Shown: in pieces, positions 1 through 47,639 of the stretch
Layout of the letters: the number at the start of each line of letters is the position of its first letter
Numbering within the stretch: position 1 is the first letter of the stretch
Assembly: GCA_964016885.1 (NCBI GenBank)
Contig: OZ024743.1
Location: 126,604,001 to 126,668,000 of the forward strand
Direction: 5' to 3'
From: Eledone cirrhosa
Taxonomy: Eukaryota
DNA length: 64,000 nt
Position numbers and translations under genes: made by a program
Notes under the pieces: generated by a model
The model's database searches: none
What the model saw: the letters and a program-made list of their open reading frames with translations, nothing else
Told to the model about the DNA's origin: nothing

Positions 1-39
1 TTGATAGGGATAGGAAGAACCATCTAGCTGCTAATACGA

Positions 40-660
40 TAATTAATACATATTAAGGTCATCATACCCTTCAGTAAACTAAAGAATTACAGTATAGTAT
101 ACAAGAGTAAATACTACAGAATGAACAAGACGAAGAATTGTTAGAGGCCAGGTAAACTAAGGAAAATATACCATGGAATATAACGCCAGAACGTGAAAGG
201 ACCGTGTCCTCTACCATTAAAAAATCAAAGAAAGTTCCTATTCAATACAACGTTATAGGAGACAGGCTAAACCTGTGCAGGTATGGGCCGTACAACAGTA
301 AATAACGACATTAAAACAGTTATATTAATAGCACTGCACAACCAAACGCTGACTAAAGGTAGTATATAAATTGAGAACTGTGAACCCAAGGAATATAGCT
401 GAGTCCGACTCCTCCCACAATGATCTGGTAATTAATAAGTGAAGCTGATTGATTGACACAAAGTGTACATAAAAGAATAATATATCCTTATAAAACAATT
501 AAAACGTGAATGAAATTAGAATAGAACATAACTTGACGAGTCTTCATATCAGACCTAATAGAATGCTTTGTGAATGTCAAAGGCAACAACACTAGTATTA
601 CTAAAGTTTTCAAGGATACTAGCAGACTGCGACTTAAGTGCGTGCCATAAGTCTCACTCG
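40..660 (-). mobile_element. Highly decayed LINE reverse-transcriptase fragment
   Basis: Minus strand reads TSVVAFDIHKAF (RT D.xKAF motif) near 560-597, with weak SGV..G and YDD-like remnants further along; many stops. Confidence 0.45.
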
Positions 661-682
661 ATTACGGCTGACTTGGAGACTA

Positions 683-845
683 CCGTATTTCCCGGTGCCG
701 AAGACGCTTCGTCCTCGAGGACACACCTTAATTTTGACAGCCAAAAATTTGAAGAAAAAAAATAATAGACAACCTTCAGCCTCCAGGACGCATGGTAGAT
801 TTTTGAGGCTTATATTAGGAACGTCTTCGGCGTCGGGAAATACAG
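683..845. mobile_element. Tc1/mariner (pogo/Tc2-like) MITE
   Basis: TIRs CCGTATTTCCCGGTGCCGAAGACG / CGTCTTCGGCGTCGGGAAATACAG with TA on both sides; second copy at 15212-15363. Confidence 0.8.
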
Positions 846-2167
846 TACATAAAAATAGATACTCAACTATGTAATCATAAACTTCTTTTCTTTTTATTTT
901 ACGGAGTTAAGCAGAGTGAAATTATATATAGGGCAAACGTTCGGTAATATGAAAAAATACGCTTCTACAGATCTGACGAAAAACAGGGTTGGAACCTAAA
1001 CTTTGAACATCCTTCTCATTGAAATTTATTTCAATAGAATGCATACAAATAAAAACAAGTTATATTTTTTTAATGTGGAAGAAGGCACGCACACTCAATT
1101 ACATACTACAAGGGGCGCTGGAAATTACTTCTAGTAATTTTTGAGGCAACCCAACACACTCGCAGCAATGTCACAAGTGATAGTGCGGATAAGGCGCTGG
1201 AATTGAATTTTTATTTATAAATTACTTCACCGAAGGCTAAATACATTTCGTAGGCTAAACAGTATATCAACTACACCTTATAGTATATCTTGTTATTCGG
1301 GATTGACAGAATCGTTAGAGCGGCGGTCAAAATGCCAAGCGGTTACGTTCATACACTGCGAAAATCGACTTCACTTTTCATATCCCAGGGTTAATCTATC
1401 TAGACAACATAATCAGATAGACTTTTGGTGGTCTTGTACTTCAGCTCTGATCTAGTAGATAATTGAAGGTGTTCCAGCAATGACCACCCTACCCTTTTCA
1501 ACTAGAATTACATTATTCCATGCGTTCTTCCCATTTTAAGACAGTAGGTAATGAATTGAGGGAGATCGAGCTGCTAATTCTAGCAGATGGAGCGATCGCA
1601 GACTACTTCGTATCACCTATGTTATCACACATGAAAGCACGATTTCATCGCATGTTCTGAATAACTAGAGATAAGGGCAATAATGAGAATAAGCAGTGAA
1701 ATCGTTTATTTTTGTATTGAATCCTCTATTTCTTCGCCTCAGTCTAGGATTCCACAGTAACAATCTTTATTTCATTTGATATATTAATCATGATGTCTCA
1801 CATAAAAATAGAATCTATGGAACCTTATAAAAATAACACACAAAAATATACAATCAAAGCGAAAACAAACATCAATTCAACACTAATGATATTTACACCT
1901 TATATTTATCCCATATAAAAAAAAGTAAATAAGCTATTGTTAGACGTTAAAAATATGTGCATCGTTTTAAGAATATATATAACTAGGTTACAATACTCTA
2001 AAAATGTAGAGAATACAACCGTCCTCAACAAAGAGTAATAATTCATTCACCTTATAAACACCGTAGAAAAGTAAACTTCATATATAACCAATAATAGGAA
2101 GAGTCGACAGTACGTAATCTCGTGTTAACTCCCCGCACATAGAGTACTTTGTTTTTTGTTATGACAT

Positions 2168-2402
2168 TTTCGCGCCATAACTTTATGATATATTACTACG
2201 CAGGAAGGAGAATGTAATTAAAAAGTTAATAGGAATACTAATTTGATGATTTAATTCAATTTTATTACTAGAAATTCAACAACCGGGGTAAACGATTGGA
2301 GGGTAAAATCGGAGAATGTTTTCGCGGGTATTGTATTTGACGGACTATTTTATCTAGTTCCCTATCTAGTACTATGTTATATTGACCTCACAGATTTCGC
2401 GC
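2168..2402 (+). promoter_or_regulatory. MCM2 promoter with three E2F-type sites
   Basis: TTTCGCGC 2168-2175, TTTCGCGG 2320-2327, TTTCGCGC 2395-2402, plus an inverted CCAAT (ATTGG) near 2295. Locally CpG-rich. MCM genes are classic E2F targets. Confidence 0.8.
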
Positions 2403-2453
2403 GGTTTTTTGTTCACTTTTACGCCAACTTGACTGATTTCCTCGATTACCAGA

Positions 2454-36398
<33,945 letters not shown>

Positions 36399-36489
36399 GG
36401 AAACCAACAAAATCACACACTTCGCTCCGTCTCAATTTAAAACTGTACATAGGTTTTCATTAAAGCATAACATTTTGTATATTGTATGA

Positions 36490-36495
36490 AATAAA
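36490..36495 (+). terminator. Putative MCM2 polyadenylation signal
   Basis: AATAAA about 90 nt after the stop; an alternative ATTAAA is at 36459-36464. Confidence 0.55.
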
Positions 36496-39273
36496 ATAAT
36501 TTTATATTACTTAATACAAATAATCGTGATTTATTTATGGAGTATTTTACACTGCCAATATTCTTTACTAGCCATTTTTTAAATGAAAAATATCGATAAT
36601 ATACATGCATTGATCAAATTTTGTGTAGTTTAATCTTGGCAGAAGCAGTTATCTCCCTTAAAACCTTTGTAAAAACTTAAGCTTCTATATCTTAAGAGAA
36701 TTTGGATTTTACAAGTCCATGTATAATCTCATTAGTACCATAGTAAAATGCACCCAGTATACTGGTTGATGTTAGGAAACTCATTCAACTGTATAAACCA
36801 TGCCACCAATGTTTGAACATATGAGCATGGTGTGGTTCTCTGAACAGAATTTGAATGACAACTTGTTCAAACCATGGATCGATAGTGATATCATCATCAT
36901 CATCCATAATAGCTTTTTTGGAATGGTCAGTAAATATATAATTTCTGGTAAATATTTCCAAATCTATCCATTTTCACATTTAAAGATATTCTGCTCAGTA
37001 GAATGGGAGTTAGGATTATGATTGTAATGGCATGGGTTCAATTCCTGGGCCAGCTGTAACCAAAAAAGATAATAAAAACGATGTCACCAATCCATATAGA
37101 AAAGGCGTGCATGTCACAATTTAGGTTAATTTCATGATTATTCTTCTTTAGTTCTAAAGCAGCCCTGACCAAGCAGACCTATGATCAAAGACATTCCTGC
37201 TATATCTATCTCATCTTTTTATATATCTAGGACTTAGAATTGGTATAGATTTTATATATATTAATCTCAGTGTGTGTTTTGATATTTGCAGTAGTTCACA
37301 AATTGGGGTATAAGATATGTAAAATTAAAATTTATATTGATACAGGCATAACTGTGGTTAAGGAGTTTACTTTGCAACCATATAGTTTCAAGTTCAGTCC
37401 CAGTGTGACATCTTGAGCAAAGGTCTTCTACTACAGCCTCAAGTTGGTCAATGCCTTGTGAGTGAAATTTAGGAGGCTGAAACTGCAGAAGACCATCATA
37501 CACATACACTAGCATAGTACACATAAAAATTTAGTTTAAATTCCTTGATTAGAATATGTTATGTAAAGATGCTTGAATCCTTGAATTTTCCTTGATTACT
37601 CTATTTCATTTTCTGTTTATTTAAATCAGTTACAATAATTTTATTCCATATTTTCTTTAACCTTAAGCATTTAAATTGGCCAGAATTCTCTTACCTCTTT
37701 CTGTTCAAACCAGCTGTAACTGGCCACTCATACTGATGTCAAGGTATTGTTCTCAAAATAAATATCAATCTCATAGATTCGATATTATGTGTGATAAAGC
37801 CTTTACTATGGAAATAGGATAGTATATATAGAGTAATGTAAATGCTAAAGGGTTAATTAATATCAAACATATATCCACTATTTGACGATGACTTTGTTCT
37901 ACCTGTGAATCTGGGATTATTGGGATTCATATTTTTATTGTCTGAATATAGATACATTGGTAAATATACATCAATGGATAGCTGTAGATAGAAACAGATA
38001 CGTAGGTAGATAGCTGTTATTATACCATTGACTATCTTGCAAACCTAGACACAGCTACACAACCACATACGTTCACCCCCACACACACACATAGTTTGCT
38101 CATGATATGAGTGGACATCTATTACAAAGTAGCTGTCGCGTGGCTGTATTTTATTATAATTTTTTGGCACAAGGCCAGCAATTACCCAGTACATTACTGG
38201 TACTTTATTTTATCGACCCTGTAAGGATGAAAGGCAAAGTTAACCTCGGCGGGATTTGAACTCAGTTCGTAAAGGGACGTAACTGTGCTGCAAAGCATGA
38301 CGTCTGACCCTCTACCGATACTGCCAATCCACCACCCTTTTATTATGATGATATATATGTATGCGTCTGTGTCAGTTAACATTTCCTATTTTTTTGTTCC
38401 AGTTAGATAAAAAAAAAAAATCAAGAAAATAAGTCCTGGGGTTTATATAATCGAATAAATCCCTTTGGTGGTACCCAATATGACTGCAGTCTAATAATTG
38501 CAACAATGATAAGACTAAAAGAGTCTGGCGTCAGGAGGGGTATCTACTGAAAACAATGTCTCATTCAACCCATGGCAGCATGGAAAAATGGATATAAAAA
38601 CATTGATGATGGCATATAGTGATATTGAAACAGTGTCTAGAGCAAAATGGACAATACACCTGAATTTACAAAGCAACACATGCCAAGTTCCTCTGTCAGC
38701 TTGGAAATAGTTTTAAAAATCCTTTATCACCACCATTGTCATGGTCATCGTTTCTCCCTATTTTTATTGTTTGCTCATGGGTGTATTATTGAAAAAAGCA
38801 GTAAATTGACAGTTGTCAGAACATCAGATAGAATTCTGGCTCTCAGTTTTCAAATCCTGCCCGGGTCAACTTTGCCATTCATCCTTTCGAGGTCGATAAA
38901 AAAACGTTACCAGTCAAGTGGTGGTGTCGATCCTTCCTCTATAGCATTTTCTCACTTCTCTCACTTTCTATGGAAGAAATCTGTTGTATTCAGGCCTGGA
39001 GAGGGATGTGCTCCGCCAGGTTTTTTAAATGCCCAAGAAACGCTGTATGCCACTACGACTCCATCTGATGTTATGGTATAAAGAAGCGAGGTATTACTGA
39101 AAAATAGCAAATGCATACAGATAAAACTGAAAGTTATGCAGAACAACAAACATTGCAAGGGACATTGTGAAAGCACTGTTGAAATAAATGGGCGGTGTCA
39201 CTAAGACTTCATCAGGAATTAAGGAACCTTTACTTTTTAAAAACTTTTATGAGATGAAGGAAAATATTACTGT

Positions 39274-39352
39274 AAGAGAAGATGAGAATCGGACTCGCGC
39301 GGGAATATCTCTATTGATTAGTCCATCACCTTAACCACTCGGCCACATCATG
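39274..39352 (-). pseudogene. tRNA-Ser(GCT)-derived pseudogene
   Basis: Reverse complement GATGTGGCCGAGTGGTTAAGGTGATGGACT-AATC...GAGTCCGATTCTCATCTTC versus canonical GAGGTGGCCGAGTGGTTAAGGCGATGGACTGCTAATCC; anticodon deleted, B-box decayed. Confidence 0.75.
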
Positions 39353-40485
39353 ATAAACTATCTTCAATTATATGTGGAGTTAGAGATAATTTGAAGGGAA
39401 TCACGCAAAAGTGGTTAATTTTGGAATACAATAATTTCAGACTTGTCGTAATTTGTTGAAGTATGAAGGAAACATTATTTTTGAAACTTTTAATGATGCA
39501 GTAAGAAGGCTGACAGTTGTTAGGGGAAAATGAAGGTTAACTTTGAAGGAAATTGAATACTAACTTCTGTTCTAATGTATTACAAATGTAACTTTTCCAG
39601 TAAGATTGAATTAATTAGCTAATTGCTATTTCTTCCTATGAACTAAAGTAAGACAGCAAGCAGAGTATTTAAGCGACTTCATATACTCCAGTGTTTAAAA
39701 AACGTCTTCGTATCTTTAGAAACGGCATATGATCGTCAACGGACTTGTGTACACATTTTATTTTTGCTTTTATTATTTCGTTTTAAAACATTTATCATTA
39801 TACAAGTTTGTACATTAAAATTTGTAGCTGAACTCGTATTACTTTAGTTTTAAGACAATATTTTTAGTTCGATTCTCAGTGTATTATTGATTGCCACCCC
39901 TAAATTTGTCCATTTTTAACCCTCCTTTTTAATATTTTCTTCTTTATAATTTCATTTTTACATACTTAGATTTATTGTATAGCCCATATGGCATATAAAA
40001 AAAAAATTGTTATATACTTATGTTCCTTAAAAGCTGTAGCTGTAGTGTTATTGTGAATATTTGTGTGTATATATTTGTACATATATTCAGGAAGTATCCA
40101 TGTTATTTCTGTTTCTAACATTACAACATGCAATAAGGACATGTTTTTCAATACGTTATATTTTCATACAAATATTTACGTGTAATGTAGAAATGTCGTC
40201 ATTGACGACATGTTATAGTTACGACAAATTTTCACACAGAAAACAATTATGCACATCAAAATCTAGCATATGTTCTTAGTTCAAATCCCGCCGAGATGGA
40301 TTTTGCCTTTCATCCTGACTGGGTCGATAAAATAAAGTACCAGTAATGCACTGTGATGATTGCTGGTCTTGTGCCAAAACTAGAAACAATTATTACAAGG
40401 AAATCACGGTAAACGTAGAAATATTACTTAAATTGTGCTCAATGAAAATCACGAAAATAAACTAACACTCAGTGAACGTCTCATT

Positions 40486-43400
40486 AAATGAAATATATGA
40501 AATGGTAAATAACATATTGTAGGTTTCGACAAAAATAAACTTTGTAATCACTCCGATTCTTTGGATTTTACAAAATGTTATCAAAGCTTAGAAGATTTTA
40601 GCTTCTAATCCTCGGCTATCCCCCGCGTCGCTTTTCTTTCTTTTCGCTGTACACATATAGTCTTCATCTATTAGGGAAATTTGAAACGAATATTTCCAAA
40701 GGTGAATGTGTAAAATTTTCATAATTTAATTTTATAATGTGTTTGATATATATTTTATAAAAATACAACGCAATGTAAATGGTATTAATATCAATAACTG
40801 TTTCTACTTTTTGCACAAGGCCAGCAATTACCCAATGCATTACTTGTACTTTATTCTATCGACCCCGGAAGGATGAAAGGCAAAGTTAACCAATGACAAA
40901 GGTTAGGTAGGGAAGTGAGTTTGAAAATAAACGTTACATTTTAATAAAATAACTGAAGAACTTTTCTCCTATGACGTCATAATTACAAAACGTGATTGAA
41001 TAAATTCATTTAGCGTTCTCAATCTACTGGACAAAAGAGTTGATCTATATCTATCTACTATATAAATTGGAAGTGGTTGGATATTGTATATTTAAGTAAG
41101 TAGGTGTAGTCGGATAAACGTCGAAAAGGCTTGGTGGAATGCAGCAAAAATTTATACAGTTATGCAGAATGACCCGAGGAGGCGTTGGGTCGACTTTCAA
41201 GCTACAAGCTTCTATGGTTACGGAGAAAATTGATGAAACAGGAATTTCCCATTCAAATTGAACTGAGAGTAATCTGTGAACGCAGAAGTAAATATTTCGA
41301 GAAACGTTGCAACCGAAGGAAAACAGGAAGACGATATTTTGGTTCGTGAAGACGTTCCCTGGCAATGAACGGGGAAAAAAGCGAGGATAAAACGTCGTTA
41401 TGTAGAGCGAGAAGAACAATTTCATGCAAAGACAAGACTAAGTTTATGGTATAAATAGACTAATATTCTATTTAAAATAACAGAATGATTTCCCGCCCCG
41501 GAGTTTAAGAATGATGTAAATAAAATTGAAAATGAAATATATGAAATGGTAAATAACATATTGTAGGTTTTGACAAAAATAAACTTTGTAATCACTCCGA
41601 TTCTTTGGATTTTACAAAATGTTATCAAAGCTTAGAAGATTTTAGCTTCTAACCCTCGGCTATCCCCCGCGTCGCTTTTCTTTCTTTTCGCTGTACACAT
41701 ATAGTCTTCATCTATTAGGGAAATTTGAAATGAATATTTCCAAAGGTGAATGTGTAAAATTTTCATAATTTAATTTTATAATGTGTTTGATATATATTTT
41801 ATAAAAATACAACGCAATGTAAATGGTATTAATATCAATAACTGTTTCTACTTTTTGCACAAGGCCAGCAATTACCCAATGCATTACTTGTACTTTATTC
41901 TATCAACCCCGGAAGGATGAAAGGCAAAGTTAACCAATGACAAAGGTTAGGTAGGGAAGTGAGTTTGAAAATAAACGTTACATTTTAATAAAATAACTGA
42001 AGAACTTTTCTCCTATGACGTCATAATTACAAAACGTGATTGAATAAATTCATTTAGCGTTCTCAATCTACTGGACAAAAGAGTTAATCTATATCTATCT
42101 ACTATATAAATTGGAAGTGGTTGGATATTGTATATTTAAGTAAGTAGGTGTAGTCGGATAAACGTCGAAAAGGCTTGGTGGAATGCAGCAGAAATTTATA
42201 CAGTTATGCAGAATGACCCGAGGAGGCGTTGGGTCGACTTTCAAGCTACAAGCTTCTATGGTTACGGAGAAAATTGATGAAACAGGAATTTCTCATTCAA
42301 ATTGAACTGAGAGTAATCTGTGAACGCAGAAGTAAATATTTCGAGAAACGTTGCAACCGAAGGAAAACAGGAAGACGATATTTTGGTTCGTGAAGACGTT
42401 CCCTGGCAATGAACGGGAAAAAAGCGAGGATAAAACGTCGTTATGTAGAGCGAGAAGAACAATTTCATGCAAAGACAAGACTAAGTTTATGGTATAAATA
42501 GACTAATATTCTATTTAAAATAACAGAATGATTTCCCGCCCCGGAGTTTAAGAATGATGTAAATAAAATTGAAAATGAAATATATGAAATGGTAAATAAC
42601 ATATTGTAGGTTTTGACAAAAATAAACTTTGTAATCACTCCGATTCTTTGGATTTTACAAAATGTTATCAAAGCTTAGAAGATTTTAGCTTCTAACCCTC
42701 GGCTATCCCCCGCGTCGCTTTTCTTTCTTTTCGCTGTACACATATAGTCTTCATCTATTAGGGAAATTTGAAACGAATATTTCCAAAGGTGAATGTGTAA
42801 AATTTTCATAATTTAATTTTATGATGTGTTTGATATATATTTTATAAAAATACAACGCAATGTAAATGGTATTAATATCAATAACTGTTTCTACTTTTTG
42901 CACAAGGCCAGCAATTACCCAATGCATTACTTGTACTTTATTCTATCGACCCCGGAAGGATGAAAGGCAAAGTTAACCAATGACAAAGGTTAGGTAGGGA
43001 AGTGAGTTTGAAAATAAACGTTACATTTTAATAAAATAACTGAAGAACTTTTCTCCTATGACGTCATAATTACAAAACGTGATTGAATAAATTCATTTAG
43101 CGTTCTCAATCTACTGGACAAAAGAGTTAATCTATATCTATCTACTATATAAATTGGAAGTGGTTGGATATTGTATATTTAAGTAAGTAGGTGTAGTCGG
43201 ATAAACGTCGAAAAGGCTTGGTGGAATGCAGCAAAAATTTATACAGTTATGCAGAATGACCCGAGGAGGCGTTGGGTCGACTTTCAAGCTACAAGCTTCT
43301 ATGGTTACGGAGAAAATTGATGAAACAGGAATTTCCCATTCAAATTGAACTGAGAGTAATCTGTGAACGCAGAAGTAAATATTTCGAGAAACGTTGCAAC

Positions 43401-43616
43401 CGAAGGAAAACAGGAAGACGATATTTTGGTTCGTGAAGACGTTCCCTGGCAATGAACGGGAAAAAAGCGAGGATAAAACGTCGTTATGTGGAGCGAGAAG
43501 AACAATTTCATGCAAAGACAAGACTAAGTTTATAGTATAAATAGACTAATATTCTATTTAAAATAACAACGATTTCCCGCCCCGGAGTTTAAGAATGATG
43601 TAAATAAAATTGAAAA
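40486..43616. repeat. Tandem array, 3 x about 1043 bp
   Basis: Unit starts at 40486, 41530 and 42573; about 1% divergence, mostly transitions. Confidence 0.97.
41044..41385 (+). mobile_element. Possible non-autonomous Helitron-like element inside each tandem unit
   Basis: A|TCTATATCTATCTACTATATAAA 5' end; degenerate 3' hairpin CCCTGGCAATGAACGGG then AGCGAG (cf. CTAG). A diverged paralog near 50505-50530 loses similarity at this 5' boundary. Confidence 0.45.
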
Positions 43617-44459
43617 CGAAAATGACAGAGGTTATTAAAATAGTAAAAGTAAATAGTGAAGATTTAGGCCAGTACATACGTATGCCCCGATGGACACACA
43701 AATACATACACACCCACACACACACGCACACACGAGTATGTATAAACCTTATGCATTTCTACAGTATGTTCACCAAACAAGACATAGGTTACTTATGTAC
43801 TCCGGATGTCCTACAAATGAATGTGAACTCTCAGAATTGGCACATATTGAGTAGGGGACCCCTGGGTGCAAGAACCCCCTTTTGGAAAAAGCCGATGATT
43901 TTGTAAAAGTATAGTTTTTGAAGCAGCACTGAAGTATTGACATAAATGCTATTTAATACCCGAGCAATCTCTGCTAGCATATAATATATTGGTTGGTTGG
44001 TTAAATCACACGAAAACCACATGCACACACATCTAAAGAGAGAGAGAGACACACACACAGAGAGGGAGAGGCAGAAAGAGAGAGATATGTCGTTATATAG
44101 AGAGAGATACAATTTAAGTGTTAGATATTCAGAGAGAGAGAGTAACGTCCCACGAAAGTCTAGAAACGGCTTAAACTATAGATCCTTTGATCTATAGGAA
44201 GGTTTAACAATATTGCGTTAACTTTTATAAAGTCGTTTTAGTCTTTGATTTTACAGAACAAAGAAAAATTGATACTATTTGTAATTAGTCTACCTTCCAG
44301 CTTTTATCCATATACTACTTACAGACCGTACTAACGAAGCAACACCTCAGAAGTAATGTTATGCAGTATATTGCTGTGTTTTATATGAAGTCCTTTGGAG
44401 CTGAAACAGATTATACTGACTATGGTATATTTCGATGATAGAAGAAGTGGAAATATCAT

Positions 44460-44830
44460 CAAAACCGATGAAGAGTGATTACTTCACTGCAAACTGAACT
44501 CATCACACGATCCACATGACTGGTGCATTGTGGCCGAACACGGAAGAAACGAACTCCCACTGCCATAGCCTCCATCTCTGCATTGTGAGCAAATATTGTG
44601 GCGGACAGAATGGAGGCGTTTCCCCAGAGGATGGTAAGGGAGATGCCCCAGAGGATGGTAAGGGAGATGCGTTGAAAGAGCCATTCGATCTCGCGAGGCT
44701 CACACCTGCAGCTGGCCAACACAGCGCCTATGGTGGTGAGTAGGGAGGTAGCCCTAAGGTCAAGGACACCAGAAGTCTCCACTGCCAAGGGAACGACCGC
44801 AAACCTGTCGGAGAGCGTCCTTACCATTTA
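44460..44830 (-). mobile_element. CRE-like retrotransposon 3' fragment
   Basis: LSDRFAVVPLAVETSGVL...EPREIEWLFQRISLTILWG(dup)NASILSA; internal 24-bp tandem duplication. Confidence 0.75.
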
Positions 44831-44879
44831 ATCAGCAATTTACTCCCCCAGCCTAATAAAGAGTTTTTTTATTGTATTT

Positions 44880-44993
<114 letters not shown>

Positions 44994-45243
44994 TTATGGT
45001 CTCACCTCATACCAGACAACACATCCATTTCGCCTGTAGGAAGGAAACTATTCTATCGTTAATTTGTACTATGTTTTCTTTACATTCGCGCGGTCTCTAA
45101 CATTATTTAAACATGTTTTCGAGTTCATATTAATATTGAAGCATTTGCACAATCCTGTTCACACGCAGTACATAAATATAACCGTTAACAACATATAAAA
45201 AGCAATGGTACATACAATGTAAGGAATATTGTGCCAGCTTTGT

Positions 45244-45634
45244 TGTATAACAAAATACTGGTTTGTATGAATATAACAAAAGTCTCAGTTGTGTGTAAAG
45301 TTTAATTAACAAGTTGAAGTTATGTAGAATAGTATAGTTGACATGTCCATGAGTAGATGAAAGAATGAAGTAAAGTTATTTGTTACCGTTTTGAAGTTAG
45401 TTCGCAAGAGATCATGTTAGGGTTGCCAGGCGAACGCGCCTGGCCGAAGGGCCAGGCTAGTTAGAAGAGGGCAAATGAGAGGGAGAGAGCTGAAAGTTAT
45501 TCCTTTTATAGGGTCCCAGAACGGAAGTGACAAAAAGGGTTCTGCCACCCCAACGAGAAGTAAATCCAGCTACGTCCTGTCTAGAGAGTGGTGATGTGAT
45601 TGTCATAGTCATAAGGGAGGCAACTCTTGCTACA
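45244..45634 (-). mobile_element. LTR (3' LTR with polypurine tract)
   Basis: Minus strand TGTAGC...TATACA, TATA box CCCTATAAAA, preceded by PPT-like GGCGGGGGATAA; homologous to 48827-49181. Confidence 0.7.
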
Positions 45635-46249
45635 TTATCCCCCGCCAGATTTTTAAAATATAAAAATCGAATGAACCATGTATGGCGAGCATGTAACACC
45701 AAAGTCCAGGCATGAAAATTACGAAAACAATGTTTGCAATAAAAGGAAAACAGCAAAATATAAGCATGCAAAAATCAATGAGTTTTAAAGTCAACATTTC
45801 AGGAAATTCTATTCTCAATATATTGATCATCATCATCACCGTTTAACATCCACTTTTCCACGTTAGCATGGGTTAGACGAGTTGTCCTGTTGTGAGCAAT
45901 GCCAGGTCAGGTGACCGTGTCTTACTCATACAGAACTGTTTCTGGCTTGGTTTCTACAGCTGGTGCCTTTCCTAACGCCAACGTCATTTACAGAGTACTG
46001 GGTGCCTTTTGTAGTGACACCTACACGACCACTTTATAGTGTTGGCTGGGTGCTTTTTGTCGTGTCACCATCACGACGACATTACAGTGTGGGCTGGAGG
46101 CTTCAGCTTGTCCTCGTGGGAGATGTATGGGACATGTTGAAAAAAATTCTAGTGTGTATATATTTGTAGATACATTCAGAAATTATCAATTTTATTTGTT
46201 TGTTTATGTACATCAGGTTATTTCTTACATTACAACTAACAGTGACACG

Positions 46250-46812
46250 TCTCCACGCTAGCATGGGTTAGACGGTTTTGTTCCATTTGATGCGGGAATG
46301 GTCGGGAGACCATGTCTCGCTCGCACGGAAGCGTCTCTGGCAGGTTTTTTTTACAGCTGGATGCCCTTCCTAACACCAACCACATTTACAGTGTGGACTG
46401 GGAGCCTTTTCACCGTGTCTCCTACATGGCCTCCTTACAGTGTGGACTGTTGTGTCATCGCTAAGACAATAACACTGGATCGAGACCTTTGGCGCCATAC
46501 CCTCCCCCTTTCCCCCCTTTCCCGTTCCGTCCACTGTGTCGATGACACAACAGTCCACACTGTGGACGGAACGGGAAAGGGGGGAAAGGGGGGAGGGTAT
46601 GGCGCCAAAGGTCTCGATCCAGTGTTATTGTCTTAGAGAGGTGTAGGGTCTACTCACTCCGCAGCTTCCATCAATTTTCATTGCCCTGCACTTTTTATAT
46701 AGCTGTCGTCCTTCACATTCAGCTGTCGGCCACATATAACATGTACATTCTTAGATAGCTTACCTCTGATCCAACTACATCTTTTATGTACCCATAGTTT
46801 ACATTTGGGACA
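46250..46812 (-). mobile_element. Rearranged, multiply deleted RTE remnant
   Basis: RTE 3' UTR, ORF-end and zinc-finger pieces homologous to 32405-33570; carries an internal inversion-duplication. Confidence 0.75.
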
Positions 46813-46939
46813 TATTCGTATATTTTCAAACGTATATTTACGTGTAATGTAGAAAAGTAATCATTGACATGTTATAGTTATGACAAACATTCACCCACCC
46901 ACAGAAAACAATAAAAAAAAGAATAAAATAAAATACTCT

Positions 46940-47458
46940 AGCATATTGCGGCATTTGTTCCTGCTCTTTACATTCAAATCCCACCCAGGTCGACTTTGCC
47001 TTTCATCCTTCTGTGGTCGATAAAATAAATTATCAGTCAAATACTGACGTCAATATAATCTATTTTACCCTCCCTACGAATTGCAGGCCTTGTATCTAGA
47101 TTAGAAATCATTATTACAAACTACAAAAGGGCAGTGGATTGACAGAATAAGTAGAGCGTCGGACAACATGCTTAGCGGCATAGAGTTACGGCCTTTACAT
47201 TCTGAGTTCAAATCCCACCGAGGTTAGCTTTGCCTTTCATCCTTACAGGGTCGATAAAATAAAGCACAATTAACGTACTGGGGTCGATATAATCGACTTT
47301 CCCTCACCTAAAATTGCTGGCATAGTACCTAAATCAGAAACCATTATTACAAACTACAAGGAAATCATGGTAAACGTATCCTTAAGGGGTCGATAAAATA
47401 AAGTACCAGTAATGCACTGAGTAATTGCTGGCCTTGTGCCAAAAGTAGAAACAATCAT
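46940..47458 (+). mobile_element. Stack of three SINE family A copies
   Basis: Copies at about 46940-47110, 47128-47345 and 47379-47458, separated by duplicated target sequences. Confidence 0.8.
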
Positions 47459-47639
47459 TACAAACTACAAGGAAATTACGGTAAACGTAGAAATATTACG
47501 TGAGTTGTACTGAATGACAACCACAAAAATAACTCCAGATTAAATGAATATAGAATGGTAAATAAAACATTATTGATAGTTGATACAATTATAAATTGCT
47601 TAAATATACAGAAAAATAAAGTATTAGAAAGAACCATAA

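Noticed and set aside
530-565. Hammerhead-like TTGACGAG-TCT..AGAC
   Set aside because: Lacks GAAA and lies within a minus-strand RT remnant.
41051-43521. Repeated 60-127 aa minus-strand ORFs in the tandem array
   Set aside because: No recognisable domain, and frames differ between units because of a 1-bp indel.
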